Notes: generated by a model not told the origin, from the letters alone. A DNA stretch of 62,394 bases from a virus (IMGVR_UViG_3300037483_001825:1-62394), one strand, 5' to 3'. Numbered from the stretch's first letter, positions 47,948 through 59,200 are shown. Made by a program: numbers and translations.

Positions 47948-48586
47948 ATGACAGAAGCAACTGAAAAACAATTACAAGACATGAACATGGCTGAGCTGTG
48001 GAATGAGGCCAAGCGACTAGGAATTTCTAAAGCAGGCAAAAAGGATGAACTTATTTCCCGTATTAGGAAAGCTCAGGAGTCCGGTGAGCAAAAACCATCG
48101 GAAGAAAAATCCAACTCTGAGAATCAACTCACAAAACAGTCCTCAGACAAGGAAGCTGCTCAAAAAGCTGAGCCAGCCAAGGAGGTTGTATACATTTCCC
48201 GTTATCTCGAATTGAAATTGGTTATGAATCCTTCTTACCTCAAAGAGGTTGGAGGCAAGGTATTAATCATCCGAGGTAAATACATTCAGTTCCACGAAGG
48301 TGTTTATAAGACTAAGGATCAGGAGGAAATCGAGTATTTGGACAATCATCCTAATTTCGGCAGTGTATTCAGGAAAGTTCAAACGACAGATCTTAAAGGC
48401 GGGAAAAGTGTTGATCAGATTTATCAAGAGAAATTCCGAACTCTTGAAGAAAGAGAAAAAGAAGTAGCAGCTAGAGAAAAAGCTCTGCAGAAAAAAGAGG
48501 TTGAAATGAAAGGTGCTGCAGAGGGAGCTGACACTCAAAAATCTGTAACAGGAATTAGAAGTACGGCTGAACAGCCACAGTTTTAA
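47948..48586 (+). CDS. Rho-N/SAP-like HeH domain phage protein
   Basis: MNMAELWNEAKRLGISKAGKKDELISRI. Confidence 0.7.
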   Translation: MTEATEKQLQDMNMAELWNEAKRLGISKAGKKDELISRIRKAQESGEQKPSEEKSNSENQLTKQSSDKEAAQKAEPAKEVVYISRYLELKLVMNPSYLKEVGGKVLIIRGKYIQFHEGVYKTKDQEEIEYLDNHPNFGSVFRKVQTTDLKGGKSVDQIYQEKFRTLEEREKEVAAREKALQKKEVEMKGAAEGADTQKSVTGIRSTAEQPQF

Positions 48587-48592
48587 AAAGAT

Positions 48593-48889
48593 ATGTCCAG
48601 CAATAGTAGACCTACCTTTACGACTGCCCAACTGACTCTGACAAATCAGGATGAATGGTACCCACTATCTGATATTAAAGTCGGAGAAGGTTGCGAGGTT
48701 GTTATTAAAAGTAAAGCCAGTAACACAGGCGAGATCAAAGTTGCCCATGACGATACTGATAGTAAAAACGAGCCATTTATTCTTGATAACCCTGGCGACA
48801 GTTTATCTTTGCGCATTAAAAACACAACCCAAATAGTGGTCAGTTCGTCAGTAGCAGGACAAGTTGTGGAAGTAATAACCGAAAAATAA
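48593..48889 (+). CDS. small beta-rich structural protein
   Basis: VVIKSKASNTG.I.V..., LDNPGDSLSL. Confidence 0.6.
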   Translation: MSSNSRPTFTTAQLTLTNQDEWYPLSDIKVGEGCEVVIKSKASNTGEIKVAHDDTDSKNEPFILDNPGDSLSLRIKNTTQIVVSSSVAGQVVEVITEK

Positions 48890-48891
48890 AT

Positions 48892-49506
48892 ATGGCCAAA
48901 TTTAATAGCGCAAAATCAGGAAACTTAGATACAAAGCTCGACAGCATTATTGTCACCAAACTTAAAATCTTGGGAAACAATGATGATGGAGAGGAAGACT
49001 ACGATACCAGTTGGTATCCAAATGGTTTTGGGTCAAATCAAATTAGTGTTGGAAATGATAACACCGGCAGTTGTGATACAGGACTGAGATTTCTTCGAGC
49101 ATATATTCCTAATAACGCCAAAGTAACCAGCGCCATATTAAGGGTTAAAGCTGCCGTCAATTCCACCAAGAGACCAACCTTAAAAGTCAAAGGCATTTTA
49201 GAAGCAAGTCCAAGCCCTTTCGCTGGAGATGGAAGTGACCGTCCGTCAACAAGAAGTAAAACAACTGCGGCTGTTGATTGGGATATTACAGAAGATTGGG
49301 TACTAAATTCCTGGTATGAATCCCCGAATATTGCCTCAGTTATTAACGAGCTTATTCAACAAGCTGAATTTGATGGAAAAGCCCTTGGACTAGTGATTGA
49401 AGACGATAGTAGCCCTGCAAACCAGTATGAAAACATTTGGGACTTTAACAGTGGAGCTGCAAACGCAGCTGAACTGGAATTAACAATCGAACCAAATGTT
49501 ACTTAA
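48892..49506 (+). CDS. structural protein, one copy of a repeated beta-sandwich domain
   Basis: Paralogous to both N-terminal repeats of 49798 gene (DDGEE, GLRF..IP..A....A.L, RPS.R.KT...V.W, ESP). Confidence 0.7.
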   Translation: MAKFNSAKSGNLDTKLDSIIVTKLKILGNNDDGEEDYDTSWYPNGFGSNQISVGNDNTGSCDTGLRFLRAYIPNNAKVTSAILRVKAAVNSTKRPTLKVKGILEASPSPFAGDGSDRPSTRSKTTAAVDWDITEDWVLNSWYESPNIASVINELIQQAEFDGKALGLVIEDDSSPANQYENIWDFNSGAANAAELELTIEPNVT

Positions 49507-49532
49507 CTAAATGAAAAGGAGGTGAAAAAGCC

Positions 49533-49847
49533 ATGCAAGAAAACGATATAGCTCTACTAGAACAAATAGTCAAAGCAATAGCTGACAAACCAGAAAAAGT
49601 CGTGATTGAACGCAAAGTCGATGAAATGGGTGTTTTGTTAGTTGTTCGTTTAGACAACCAAGATGCTGGTGCCTTAATTGGCAAGGAAGGCTCGACCATA
49701 GCTGCTATCAGAAGAATCATGAAGTTGGTGGGAGTCAAGAACAACGCCAGGATCAACGTCAAATTAGACGTGCCACCTAAAAGCAACAAAAAAGATTATG
49801 ACAAACCAAGTACTGAAGATCAAAGCAACAATCCAAGAAAACTCTGA
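49533..49847 (+). CDS. khpA: KhpA-like KH-domain RNA-binding protein
   Basis: LEQIVKAIADKPEKV..DEMGVLL..D.GALIGKEG.T..AIR..VG.KNNARINVK; own SD. Confidence 0.85.
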   Translation: MQENDIALLEQIVKAIADKPEKVVIERKVDEMGVLLVVRLDNQDAGALIGKEGSTIAAIRRIMKLVGVKNNARINVKLDVPPKSNKKDYDKPSTEDQSNNPRKL

Positions 49848-51462
49848 TGACGGCAAAGAGGCTGGTACTTCGACTTGGAATAAAGATGGTAATTCATCAA
49901 GCGTTATAACTATTGGCAACTTTACCGGCACTCAAACGGCCGCTTTCAGATTTAGAGGAATTGATATTCCTCAGTTTTCAAAGATTTTTCTTGCCAGATT
50001 GAAACTGCGTCCTGCAGTCAGCGATGGTAGTGATTTTACTGTCAATTTGAAAATCAAAGGGATCAAAGAGCCTGATCCTGCTCCGTTCAAGTCAGATGGT
50101 ACTAATCGCCCCTCAACAAGAAACAAAACCATTAATTCCATAGATTGGGACATTATAAAAAAATGGAATGTCCATGAGTGGGTTCAAACACCCAATTTGA
50201 ACTTAGTCGTGGAAGAACTTGTTGCCCAACCAAACTGGAAGTCGGGAAATGTATTGGCTTTTGCTATAGAAGACGATGGCAGCCCTTCTGATCAATCAAA
50301 AACCTGCTATGACTTTAGTAAAGGCGAGGGCTATCAGGCGGAACTGGAAATTTATTATCTCCCCCAAGGTTTGCACGAACAAATCACAATTGGTCTTATT
50401 CAAGGTAATGACCGGGATGGTGAAGAAGATTACAAAACTACCTGGTACCCAAGTGGCTTCCAGAACAACATGACCACTTTTGGCGATGACGGTAGTCTAG
50501 ATCCTGACGAATCAGCCAACGATGCCGGCTTTATTTTCAGCCCCATTTCTCTGCCTCAAGGGGCAGAAATCCTTTCAGCAAAACTGTTGGTAACAAGCCC
50601 GATACAAAATAATGGTCATGCCAACATTCTCGTTAAAGGTATTGCAGAAGATGATGCTGCAGTTTTTCTCTCTAATGGTTCCAATAGACCATCACTGAGA
50701 AATAAAACCAACGCAGAAGTACAGTGGAATACTGGTCATGCAGAAGCAGGAGTGCTGATAGGCGACCACTGGACGGCAGAAAGCGTATATGAATCTCCAG
50801 AACTGAAAGAAGTCATCCAGGAGATTGTTGACCGCCCCGGCTGGACAGGAAGCAAATTGGGTATTGTCCTAGAAAACTATTTTTCGGGGCACGGCAATAC
50901 AAAATACATTTGGGATTATAACCAGGATTCCGGTAAGTATGCTCCTCAACTAGTTATAGCTTGGACTCATGAACGCAAGGTAACAACGCGCGATAAAGAT
51001 GTTGAAGTATATAACAAAGCCAATTATCCCGAATTTATTATTGTTCACCACTCCGCTACACCAAGAGACAACACTTACTTTCAAACCATCAAAAGGGCTC
51101 ATATTGGCTATGGCTGGGATGATATCGGCTATCACAAGTGGATTGCGGGAGCGCTTGATGGTGACGGGGTTTTGATACTAGGAAGACCTGACAATGTCAT
51201 TGGAGCTCACTGTGGCAGCAACAAAATGAATTACAGGTCCCTAGGCGTGGTGCTCTGTGGCAATTTCCACAACAACGAAACCCCAACGACAGCTCAACTA
51301 TCGACCTTACAGGCTGTTTTAGACAACTTAAGACAAGAGCGAAGTATTCCAAAAGAACGTGTTTTGGGTCACGGAGAAGTTCCTGAGTCGGCAACTGACT
51401 GCCCGGGAAATGCCTTGCTGCCATACGTTCAGAATTATCGAACAACTGGAAACCTCCAGTAG
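49798..51462 (+). CDS. two repeated domains + N-acetylmuramoyl-L-alanine amidase (Amidase_2)
   Basis: IIVHHSAT, GWDDIGYH, GAHC, GVVLCGNF, GHGEV..TDCPG. Confidence 0.85.
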   Translation: MTNQVLKIKATIQENSDDGKEAGTSTWNKDGNSSSVITIGNFTGTQTAAFRFRGIDIPQFSKIFLARLKLRPAVSDGSDFTVNLKIKGIKEPDPAPFKSDGTNRPSTRNKTINSIDWDIIKKWNVHEWVQTPNLNLVVEELVAQPNWKSGNVLAFAIEDDGSPSDQSKTCYDFSKGEGYQAELEIYYLPQGLHEQITIGLIQGNDRDGEEDYKTTWYPSGFQNNMTTFGDDGSLDPDESANDAGFIFSPISLPQGAEILSAKLLVTSPIQNNGHANILVKGIAEDDAAVFLSNGSNRPSLRNKTNAEVQWNTGHAEAGVLIGDHWTAESVYESPELKEVIQEIVDRPGWTGSKLGIVLENYFSGHGNTKYIWDYNQDSGKYAPQLVIAWTHERKVTTRDKDVEVYNKANYPEFIIVHHSATPRDNTYFQTIKRAHIGYGWDDIGYHKWIAGALDGDGVLILGRPDNVIGAHCGSNKMNYRSLGVVLCGNFHNNETPTTAQLSTLQAVLDNLRQERSIPKERVLGHGEVPESATDCPGNALLPYVQNYRTTGNLQ

Positions 51463-51473
51463 AAAACAAAAAT

Positions 51474-52178
51474 ATGCAATTACAAGAATTTAGACAAGAC
51501 TTAAACGCCAGGATAACCGCTTCAAAAGTAAGCGGTTTCTGGAAAGATTCTGACAAAGATCGTTGGATCAATAAGGCCATTATTCGCGCCTGCAACTTTG
51601 CCCGTTGGAAGTTTCTAAGCAAGCACGCCACTCAACTAACAGAACTCAATCCGGACGGTTCAGGAAAAGAATCTTACTTCCTGCCGTTTGACTTCAAGCC
51701 TGGTGGAATGATTTTTCTCTCTGTAGATGGTGAGGAATACCACAAAGCTACGGAAAACCAGTATCTGAGCCGAAAGTCAGACAACAAGATTGCACCTACA
51801 TTCCACCCTTCTCTAGATGTTGTTCATCCTTCAACCCACACCGATTGGCGTTGGCAAAAAGTATATGCCGTTATAGGAGATCAATACTTTCTGGATCCGG
51901 TGTTTGAAACAGCAGGAAAAGTGATTGATCTCTTTTATAAACGCCGACCGGTAAGGTTGGTTGAAGAAACTGACGAGCCGATTACTCCAGAGGAAATGGA
52001 CGAGCCAATTCTCAAGCTGGCCCTAGGTACTTGTTTAGCTAAAGCTCCAGGTAGAAAAAACGATGGCGAAAAAGAAGTTGTCGAGGCACATGCCCTACTA
52101 CAGCAGCTAAAAGACCGTGAAGACGAAGAACCATCGAGCGTCTTTGTCGGCCAAGCCAAAAATATCAGATGGTCATAA
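51474..52178 (+). CDS. putative head-tail adaptor
   Basis: WINKA..RAC..W.F, Y.LP.DF, D.P..PEE; position. Confidence 0.6.
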   Translation: MQLQEFRQDLNARITASKVSGFWKDSDKDRWINKAIIRACNFARWKFLSKHATQLTELNPDGSGKESYFLPFDFKPGGMIFLSVDGEEYHKATENQYLSRKSDNKIAPTFHPSLDVVHPSTHTDWRWQKVYAVIGDQYFLDPVFETAGKVIDLFYKRRPVRLVEETDEPITPEEMDEPILKLALGTCLAKAPGRKNDGEKEVVEAHALLQQLKDREDEEPSSVFVGQAKNIRWS

Positions 52179-52184
52179 AACATT

Positions 52185-53630
52185 ATGAATGCATACAGAA
52201 TACAAGGATTTAGAGGAGGAATAGCAGATGATCCCTACCAAGGTGTTAGGGAATCTTTCCGTTTTGGCTACGGACTAAACATTCGTGGTGAAGAAAATTT
52301 GCTGAAGTGCAATCAACGCCTCAAAGAAGATTTAGATAGCGACACTGTAGTAACTGACCTCATCCTATTCTTTGTGCCCGCTTCAAACGGCAATTTATAT
52401 GGTTTTGGAGATACTGGTCGTATTTACAGAAAACAAGGCGGTAGCGGAGCCTGGGAGCTGGTTTACACAGATTCAAACGGAAAGATAACAGGAGCTGCTG
52501 AATATACCAATAACGATGGAGCGGATAACTACGTACCATATCTTTATTGGGCAACCGAAACCAAAGTAAGCAGAATAAAACTCTCAGGAGATTGGTCAAC
52601 AGATGTAGAACACGACTGGCAGTCATTGGATGGCGATCCCAGCTGGCACACCATGAGCGAAGCGCTTGGAGTTTTACTCATCTGTGACTCAAAGGACTTG
52701 GCAATGGTCGATTACGAAGGTGGCTTTAACCTGGATGCTATTGATCTTCCTCTTGGCCATAGAAATAAGTGCCTATTCGGTTTGGATCAACTGGTGATAT
52801 TCGGATCAACCAAAGGCGACAAAGTAGAAGAAGGGTGGCTGTGGACATGGGACAAAATTCAACCTTCTTGGATCCAAAGACGGATGGTTGCCGAGCGCGG
52901 TATTAATGCTCTTTTGCAAGGTGAGTTTTTACTCATTCAGGCAGGTGTCAGGGGCGGACTTTATTTCTGGGACACGTCTAGTCTTCTTCGTATCAAAAAG
53001 CTTCCCGGTGAGTACGGTTGGGTGAATCCTGGAGGCGTGACTATTATGGGCGGCTTGCCCCTACTTGGTGTTAATGGCAGCGATAAGTGCGGCATCTACT
53101 CTTACGGACGACTTAACAAAAATGACCCCTATGCTTTAAATCTTGAGTACGTACCTTCTCATGGTCAGCTTGAAAGTGTCCTGCTGGGAGCTTTGACCAT
53201 GTATGAAGATAAGCTCCACTGTTCATGGAAAAACGGTTCAGAGTTTGGTGTGGATGTTGTCGATGCTGATAACAAAGCTGAAGCACGATTTGAAGGACTG
53301 GTCTTTGATGGTGGAGAGTCATTTACTCAAAAAGGATTCCGCCACATTAAGCTAGTGACTAAACCCCTCCCTCAGGACTGCAGTGTTGAAATTTTCTTCA
53401 AAGTAAATCAGCAAGCAGAGTGGCAAAAAGCCACCATGCAAGATGGGGCAGAACTTTTTGATAAGGAAGGTAAGTCAAAAGCCATATTTACTATCGAAAC
53501 CGGCGGTGATGAAGAAGATCCGGGAGCGGGCGAAGAATACGAACTGGCCATGAACCTACACCCTAACGGCAACGACACTCCGGAAATTATTTCAGCAACC
53601 ACTTATTTCGATCCCTTGGGAATTTTATAA
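52185..53630 (+). CDS. putative tail nozzle/stabilisation protein
   Basis: Starts with FRGG, beta-propeller-like; follows adaptor. Confidence 0.55.
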   Translation: MNAYRIQGFRGGIADDPYQGVRESFRFGYGLNIRGEENLLKCNQRLKEDLDSDTVVTDLILFFVPASNGNLYGFGDTGRIYRKQGGSGAWELVYTDSNGKITGAAEYTNNDGADNYVPYLYWATETKVSRIKLSGDWSTDVEHDWQSLDGDPSWHTMSEALGVLLICDSKDLAMVDYEGGFNLDAIDLPLGHRNKCLFGLDQLVIFGSTKGDKVEEGWLWTWDKIQPSWIQRRMVAERGINALLQGEFLLIQAGVRGGLYFWDTSSLLRIKKLPGEYGWVNPGGVTIMGGLPLLGVNGSDKCGIYSYGRLNKNDPYALNLEYVPSHGQLESVLLGALTMYEDKLHCSWKNGSEFGVDVVDADNKAEARFEGLVFDGGESFTQKGFRHIKLVTKPLPQDCSVEIFFKVNQQAEWQKATMQDGAELFDKEGKSKAIFTIETGGDEEDPGAGEEYELAMNLHPNGNDTPEIISATTYFDPLGIL

Positions 53631-53634
53631 AACT

Positions 53635-54966
53635 ATGCTAACCAAACAAATAGATAAAGTACTGGAAAACAAGAAGATACAGGATCAGCCATTTCCTGAG
53701 GTTGTGCCGCATGGCCATAATGGAGTTGACTCCCCACTACTGGCTCCCAATTCAGTTGACAGCGTCAATATAAAGCCAGGAGCAGTGAATGACACCAAAC
53801 TTGATGACTTTTCTGTTACCGAACAAAAGTTGGCAGATGCCGCTGTAGCAACCCAAAAAATAAAAGATGATGCCATTACAGCCGCAAAAGTTTACAAAGC
53901 CGGATCTGTCATTACTCTGTCGGCTCAGATCGAAGAAGCTATTATTCTTACAGCTCATATTGGATTGGCACAAATTACTAACTCCCGGATAGCCAACGCA
54001 TCTATATCGACTGCCAAAATCCAAACGGCGGCTATCACCAACGCAGAAATAGCCGATGCGGCCATAACCAATGCCAAAATCGGAGCCTTAGAAGTCGGTA
54101 ACTCTCGAATAGCAAATGCCGCCATTAGCACGGCCAAGATACAAGATGCTGCAATAACCACTGCTGAAATAGCTGACGCTTCTATTACCAGTGCCAAAAT
54201 CGGCTTGCTTCAGGTGGGTAATTCCAGAATCATGAACGCCGCTATTTCAACCGCAAAAATTCAGGACTTGGCGGTTACCAATGCAGAAGTTAATGATTTA
54301 AACGCAGGCAAAGTGAATGCTGGCCAGATGAGTGCTGACAGAGTTTATGGTGGTACAGGTTACTTCAACTCAGTCAATATCCTAATGTCTGGTCTTGAAG
54401 CTCTAAATGTGGCTGGTAATATTAACAAAACCGGCACTTCAAACTTCTCTATCCCGCACCCCCGGAAAAAGGGCCATAGATTGGTGTATACTGGGATTGA
54501 GGCAGCAGAAGTTCTCCTCGTTTATCGAGGAACAGCAAATCTCAGTAACGGACAGACACGAATTGACTTCCCAGACCACTTTATAGCGGTCAGCGATCCC
54601 CGAAATATCACTGCATACTTGACTCCCCGAGCCGATTGTAACGGTTTGTATATCTCAGAACTAACAAATGAGTATCTCTTAGTAAAAGAGTTGCTCATTG
54701 GTGTATCTAATATAGCGTTTGATTTCTGCGTCTATACCGTTCGTGATGGGTATTTTGATTTCGAATTTGAACCGGAAGGCGAACCATTACTCAAACAAGG
54801 CGGTGAAGACGAATTAGTTTTCAAACAGAAATATCTAGAACACCAAGTAAGCCTCATGAGAAAACGGGGTGGTCCTGATATAGAGGACAGAATTGCCGAT
54901 TACAGGCGAAGATTCATCACTATGTCAGGTAGAGAGGAGATTAATTCATATGTTCAGAAAAACTAA
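53635..54966 (+). CDS. tail fibre-like protein with ITxAKI repeats
   Basis: HGHNGVDS; 10-aa repeats in 40-aa super-repeat; C-terminal F.IPHP..YRG..L.NG domain. Confidence 0.7.
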   Translation: MLTKQIDKVLENKKIQDQPFPEVVPHGHNGVDSPLLAPNSVDSVNIKPGAVNDTKLDDFSVTEQKLADAAVATQKIKDDAITAAKVYKAGSVITLSAQIEEAIILTAHIGLAQITNSRIANASISTAKIQTAAITNAEIADAAITNAKIGALEVGNSRIANAAISTAKIQDAAITTAEIADASITSAKIGLLQVGNSRIMNAAISTAKIQDLAVTNAEVNDLNAGKVNAGQMSADRVYGGTGYFNSVNILMSGLEALNVAGNINKTGTSNFSIPHPRKKGHRLVYTGIEAAEVLLVYRGTANLSNGQTRIDFPDHFIAVSDPRNITAYLTPRADCNGLYISELTNEYLLVKELLIGVSNIAFDFCVYTVRDGYFDFEFEPEGEPLLKQGGEDELVFKQKYLEHQVSLMRKRGGPDIEDRIADYRRRFITMSGREEINSYVQKN

Positions 54967-55195
54967 AAAACTAGACAAATCAGATCTTGATGAACTGCAG
55001 GCAAGGATGCAGATGATCAACCAATACAAATTGGTAGTTCAGGCGTTAGAGGCTCAGAAAGATCGCTGGCTTATAAACAAGTATTTCAAGTATGGGCTGG
55101 ATATGAGTAGTGAATACACCTTTGACCTTGGTACCGGAAAGATTAGCCAGGTAACTGCAAACAAAACCGGTGGACAGAAAGGAGGTGTTTCCTAA
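54950..55195 (+). CDS. small phage protein
   Basis: 3' part of ORF 54893..55195. Confidence 0.55.
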   Translation: MFRKTKKLDKSDLDELQARMQMINQYKLVVQALEAQKDRWLINKYFKYGLDMSSEYTFDLGTGKISQVTANKTGGQKGGVS

Positions 55196-56265
55196 TGGCA
55201 GATAAACAATATGGTGGCTGGTACTGGCAACCCAATGATAGTAAAGCTCTTCGCTGGTGGGGCACTGACTCCTCAGGCAAAGATGTTTGGACTGAGGGAG
55301 ATGAACCTACAAAACAACAGTCAATCTCGAACCTTAGCACAGGACTTTCTGAATTAAGTGGTGGTTCGGACAAGATTTTAGGTTTTGACATTGGAACACT
55401 CAACACCAAATTTCAGGATACCTATAAACAAGCTCAGGAGCTTTCTGGTGACTTGGAAGGATATCAAACAAAGCGATATGACGAAGAATACAGCAAAGCA
55501 AAATTAGACACACTCAAAGATACTATCAGTACCTTAGACACTGACATAGCTGCTGAGAAAAATGTTCGTGATGAATCAGTCAGTAAAATAAGAAAAAATC
55601 CCGGTTACTCTGCAGCCACTATAACTGGAGAGTCAGGAGAGGTGCAAAGGCTAGCTAATGCAAAAATCAACAATTTCATTCAAGAGAGAAATGCTAAAGC
55701 TGAGGATTATAATGCCCGCCTTGGTGAAATAACCCGCAAGGTGGCTTTGGAAACCCAAGGCAAGGAAGCTAAGTTAAACAATCTACGCTATGATCTTCAA
55801 TTTTTGGGTGGATTGGTCAATACCTACAACCAGGTAAGGTCGTCTGAGCTATCGGCAGCAAAAGAAGAAGATCGCTGGGAAAAAGAGTTTGAACTAAAGC
55901 TTTATGAAGCTCAAACTAACCGGTCAAAAGCCGGTGGCTCAAGCAGTACATATGCAAAACAGCAAGTTAAAGATGCCTTCGGGAACGTCATAGGGTTCTT
56001 TGACCCATCATTAGGAACTACCAGTTTATACGAGCAACCCTCTGAAGAATCGACAGGCACAACTGTAAATGAAGGTGATCTTCGTACCGAAATACGCGCT
56101 GCTTGGAAACAAGGCTTTACCCCTGATCAGCTTAAAACGAATCTTTCAAGTGTGAATACAGACAAAGGTAAAAACGCATCAAGCATTATCGATGAAGAAT
56201 GGCAACTTAAAAATCAGCCTGGAGTAATGGGTTTCTTAAGACGACTATTTACGCCTGGAGTATAA
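55195..56265 (+). CDS. putative internal virion/ejection protein
   Basis: Helical/coiled coil, strong SD, precedes giant protein. Confidence 0.5.
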   Translation: MADKQYGGWYWQPNDSKALRWWGTDSSGKDVWTEGDEPTKQQSISNLSTGLSELSGGSDKILGFDIGTLNTKFQDTYKQAQELSGDLEGYQTKRYDEEYSKAKLDTLKDTISTLDTDIAAEKNVRDESVSKIRKNPGYSAATITGESGEVQRLANAKINNFIQERNAKAEDYNARLGEITRKVALETQGKEAKLNNLRYDLQFLGGLVNTYNQVRSSELSAAKEEDRWEKEFELKLYEAQTNRSKAGGSSSTYAKQQVKDAFGNVIGFFDPSLGTTSLYEQPSEESTGTTVNEGDLRTEIRAAWKQGFTPDQLKTNLSSVNTDKGKNASSIIDEEWQLKNQPGVMGFLRRLFTPGV

Positions 56266-56270
56266 AAATT

Positions 56271-59200
56271 ATGGACAACTTTCTAAGTAACCTCAAAACA
56301 AATATTACATCGTCTATCCAAGCGACCGGACAGACAATTGGTGATTTGTTTGGTAAGTCTCAAAAAACAGTCGGTAAAGTGGCGAAGATGGGTTCTCAGA
56401 AAATTGAAAATATTCTGACTCCACTAGAAAAGCTAAAACCTGAACAAAGTGAGTTCTCTATTCCCGGACCAACAGTTGGGTCATATAAACCATTCAAAAA
56501 TATCTACGTTGAAGCCACGGCGCAAACTCTTGGCCTTGGTGCGCGTGACACAGACGTTCTGGAGCGTTTGCCTAAGGCAACAATCGGAGCTCTCAAAGGG
56601 GCCGGAGATGGATTAGCGCAAGCATTAACTTTCGGCTGGTGGGATCCAGAAATTAAATATGCCAATGATGTTGAAGAAATGGCCGGAAAAATGACTGAAG
56701 TTGAGTTTAACGTCTTGGGAACCATTGGCACATTTGTAGTTGGAGGTGGACTGGTTCAAGGTGCCCTTAAAGGAGTGCCTCTTTTAGGTAGAGTTGCAAC
56801 CATTGCTCCGAAAACTTTTAGTGTTCTATCAAATGGACTCACTTTTGCGGGATTAACTCAACTACAGAAGGAAGAAGCACAGAAGGATGCACAACAACGA
56901 TCAAAAGATTTCGTAAGCGATTTCGCTCTTGGAGGTGCATTTTCTATTGCCGGAATGAAGCCTTCATTTATAAAGTCCTCTGCCATTATCGGACCGGCCA
57001 CTTATGTAACTTCGCTCATAAAGGGTGAATCGAGTGAAGACGCGCTTAAGAACACAGCCGCCATGATGGGATTGCATTCACTCAATTTTGCTGTAGCCAA
57101 GTATCTACCGAATAAATCAGCCGCCGAAAAACAAATTGAAAAAGTAGCTGGAGAGCAGTTAAAAATTACCAAGAATCAGGCGTTGAACTACTTGGGAGTT
57201 AATGAAAAAGCTAGCGCTCAAGAAATCAAACAAGCCTGGAAAAATAAGGTGGTTAATATTACCAAGCAATTCCCGGCTCAAGCCAAACAAACTCCTCAGG
57301 AGATGGGTCAGTTCAATCAGGCTTGGAATACTGCTAACCGTGCCTATGAATTTTTATCAAAAGTGAGTAATCCAACTGGTTACACTGGTAAGACATTCAG
57401 GCAAGAGTTCCAAGATCTTTACTACCAGCTCTGGAGAGATGTGCCAAATAAGCGAGCAATTGTTGTGAGAGCAGTCAGAAATATGCCGGCAGGGCTATCA
57501 ATTAGAGCCACGCTTAACAATACACAAAGAAATGAAATAGTTACGGCTTTGGGTGGCAAGAGTGCCAAAACAAGGCTTGGTAAGGTTGCTGAATTGACTG
57601 ATGCCGACTTAGTGACGGTCGCCATGGAAAATAAAATAGATGTTACCCCATCCAAACCTACAATTAAAACTTTACCAGCAACGCAACCTACAACTTCAAT
57701 AAGCAAAGAAACAACTCAGCCAGAGTTACGACAAGTTATTGATGAGACCTTTGATCGTATTCCCGAATGGATAAAGAAAAGATATTCCAGTGTTGAAGCT
57801 GGCAAACAAATACTTCAGGAAGGCTATGAACGAGGCTTAGCCTTATCAAAACAAGCCAGTGATATTGTGCCAAATAAACCAGTAATCTCATATCATGGTA
57901 CCACCAAAGCAATTGCAGACATCATTCAAAAAACTGGATTCAAAGTTCCAGAGGCAGAAACCTTTCTAGAATCAGGGGGCAGAAAATACGGCGAAGGGGT
58001 TTATTTACAGCCTGGAAATAAAGGGGCCATGTCTGGAGCACTTTTTTATGGAAAGCGTGCTGACCCATCCGGAATGGGCGCGAACTTGGCCATCATCGAA
58101 ACTGAGTTTACACCAAAAAAACCATTCATTATTGATCTGCCACAAAAGTTCATGGGCTTTGGCGCTGGGCAGTGGGGTAAGTTTATACATCAAGTCCTTG
58201 GCAAAACAGATCTCGATCAGAGCATAAATACTTATCTCAAAGACAAAACAGCTAGGCTGTTAGTTGATACTGCACTCAGAAAAGCAGGATACGACTCAGT
58301 AGTTCTTAAAGCTGCAGGTGAAGCTGATTTATTGGTTGCCCTCAACCCCAAAGACATAAAAATAACCAAAGTTTATTCTGACAAAGAAGGTTCTTTGGAA
58401 ACCTTCAGGCGCGGATACGATAAAGCTTTTAGCAACTCAGCCACTGTTAATAATTCAATCAGCCAGACAGAATCAAAAACACCTAAAATTGTTGAAAAAC
58501 TATCAACCCAGGAGAAAACAGCGGTAAAGGCAAGTGAGATTAAAGATAAATACCGAAGACCAGAAGAAATTGAACTGGAGCAAGCTGAGCGTGCCCCTGA
58601 TCCCAAGGAGGTTTCCAATGAACCAATCTTTCAGGAACGAAGAAGTGGTAGTGTTGTCGCACCCGATACTCAAAGGGCTGATGAGCTTGTATCAGCTCCT
58701 CCAGTCTCTCCACCTAGGCCTCCTCAGGAAACATCTATTGGATCAGATGATTTGCCACCTGATGGTACTGCACTAAAGCAAATAGATGCTATGGTCGGGA
58801 AACTTTCACCTGCCGCCAGTCTTTTAGATAAAGCTAAAAAAGCAATTGAAGTTTTCCCTCGTCTTTTCACCGATCGATTCGCCCCAATTCGTGATTTTGA
58901 AAATAAAGTGAGTAAACTTCAGGGCAAACCTATTGATATAAACTCGAGTCCTTATGTAGGTGCCAGAATGTATGCTGGACGTTTTGGTATCGTAGAAGGT
59001 AACTTCCGAGACCTCTATGCTCTTCTCCAACCTGTAAGAAAAATGAGAGCAGATTTTACTCGATATATTCTAGCCCAGAGAACTTCGGAGCGAGCAGCCA
59101 GAGGAATAGAAAATCCTCTAGGGGTGACTCAATATACAGCAGAGGAAGCTCTCAAAGAATTAAAAAATAAAGTGGGTGATAAATCGTTCCAAACCTTTCA

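Noticed and set aside
53635-54966. Tail fibre as second DGR target
   Set aside because: No TR-like sequence or GFR-type CLec end seen here or elsewhere by eye; a BLASTN of TR would be decisive
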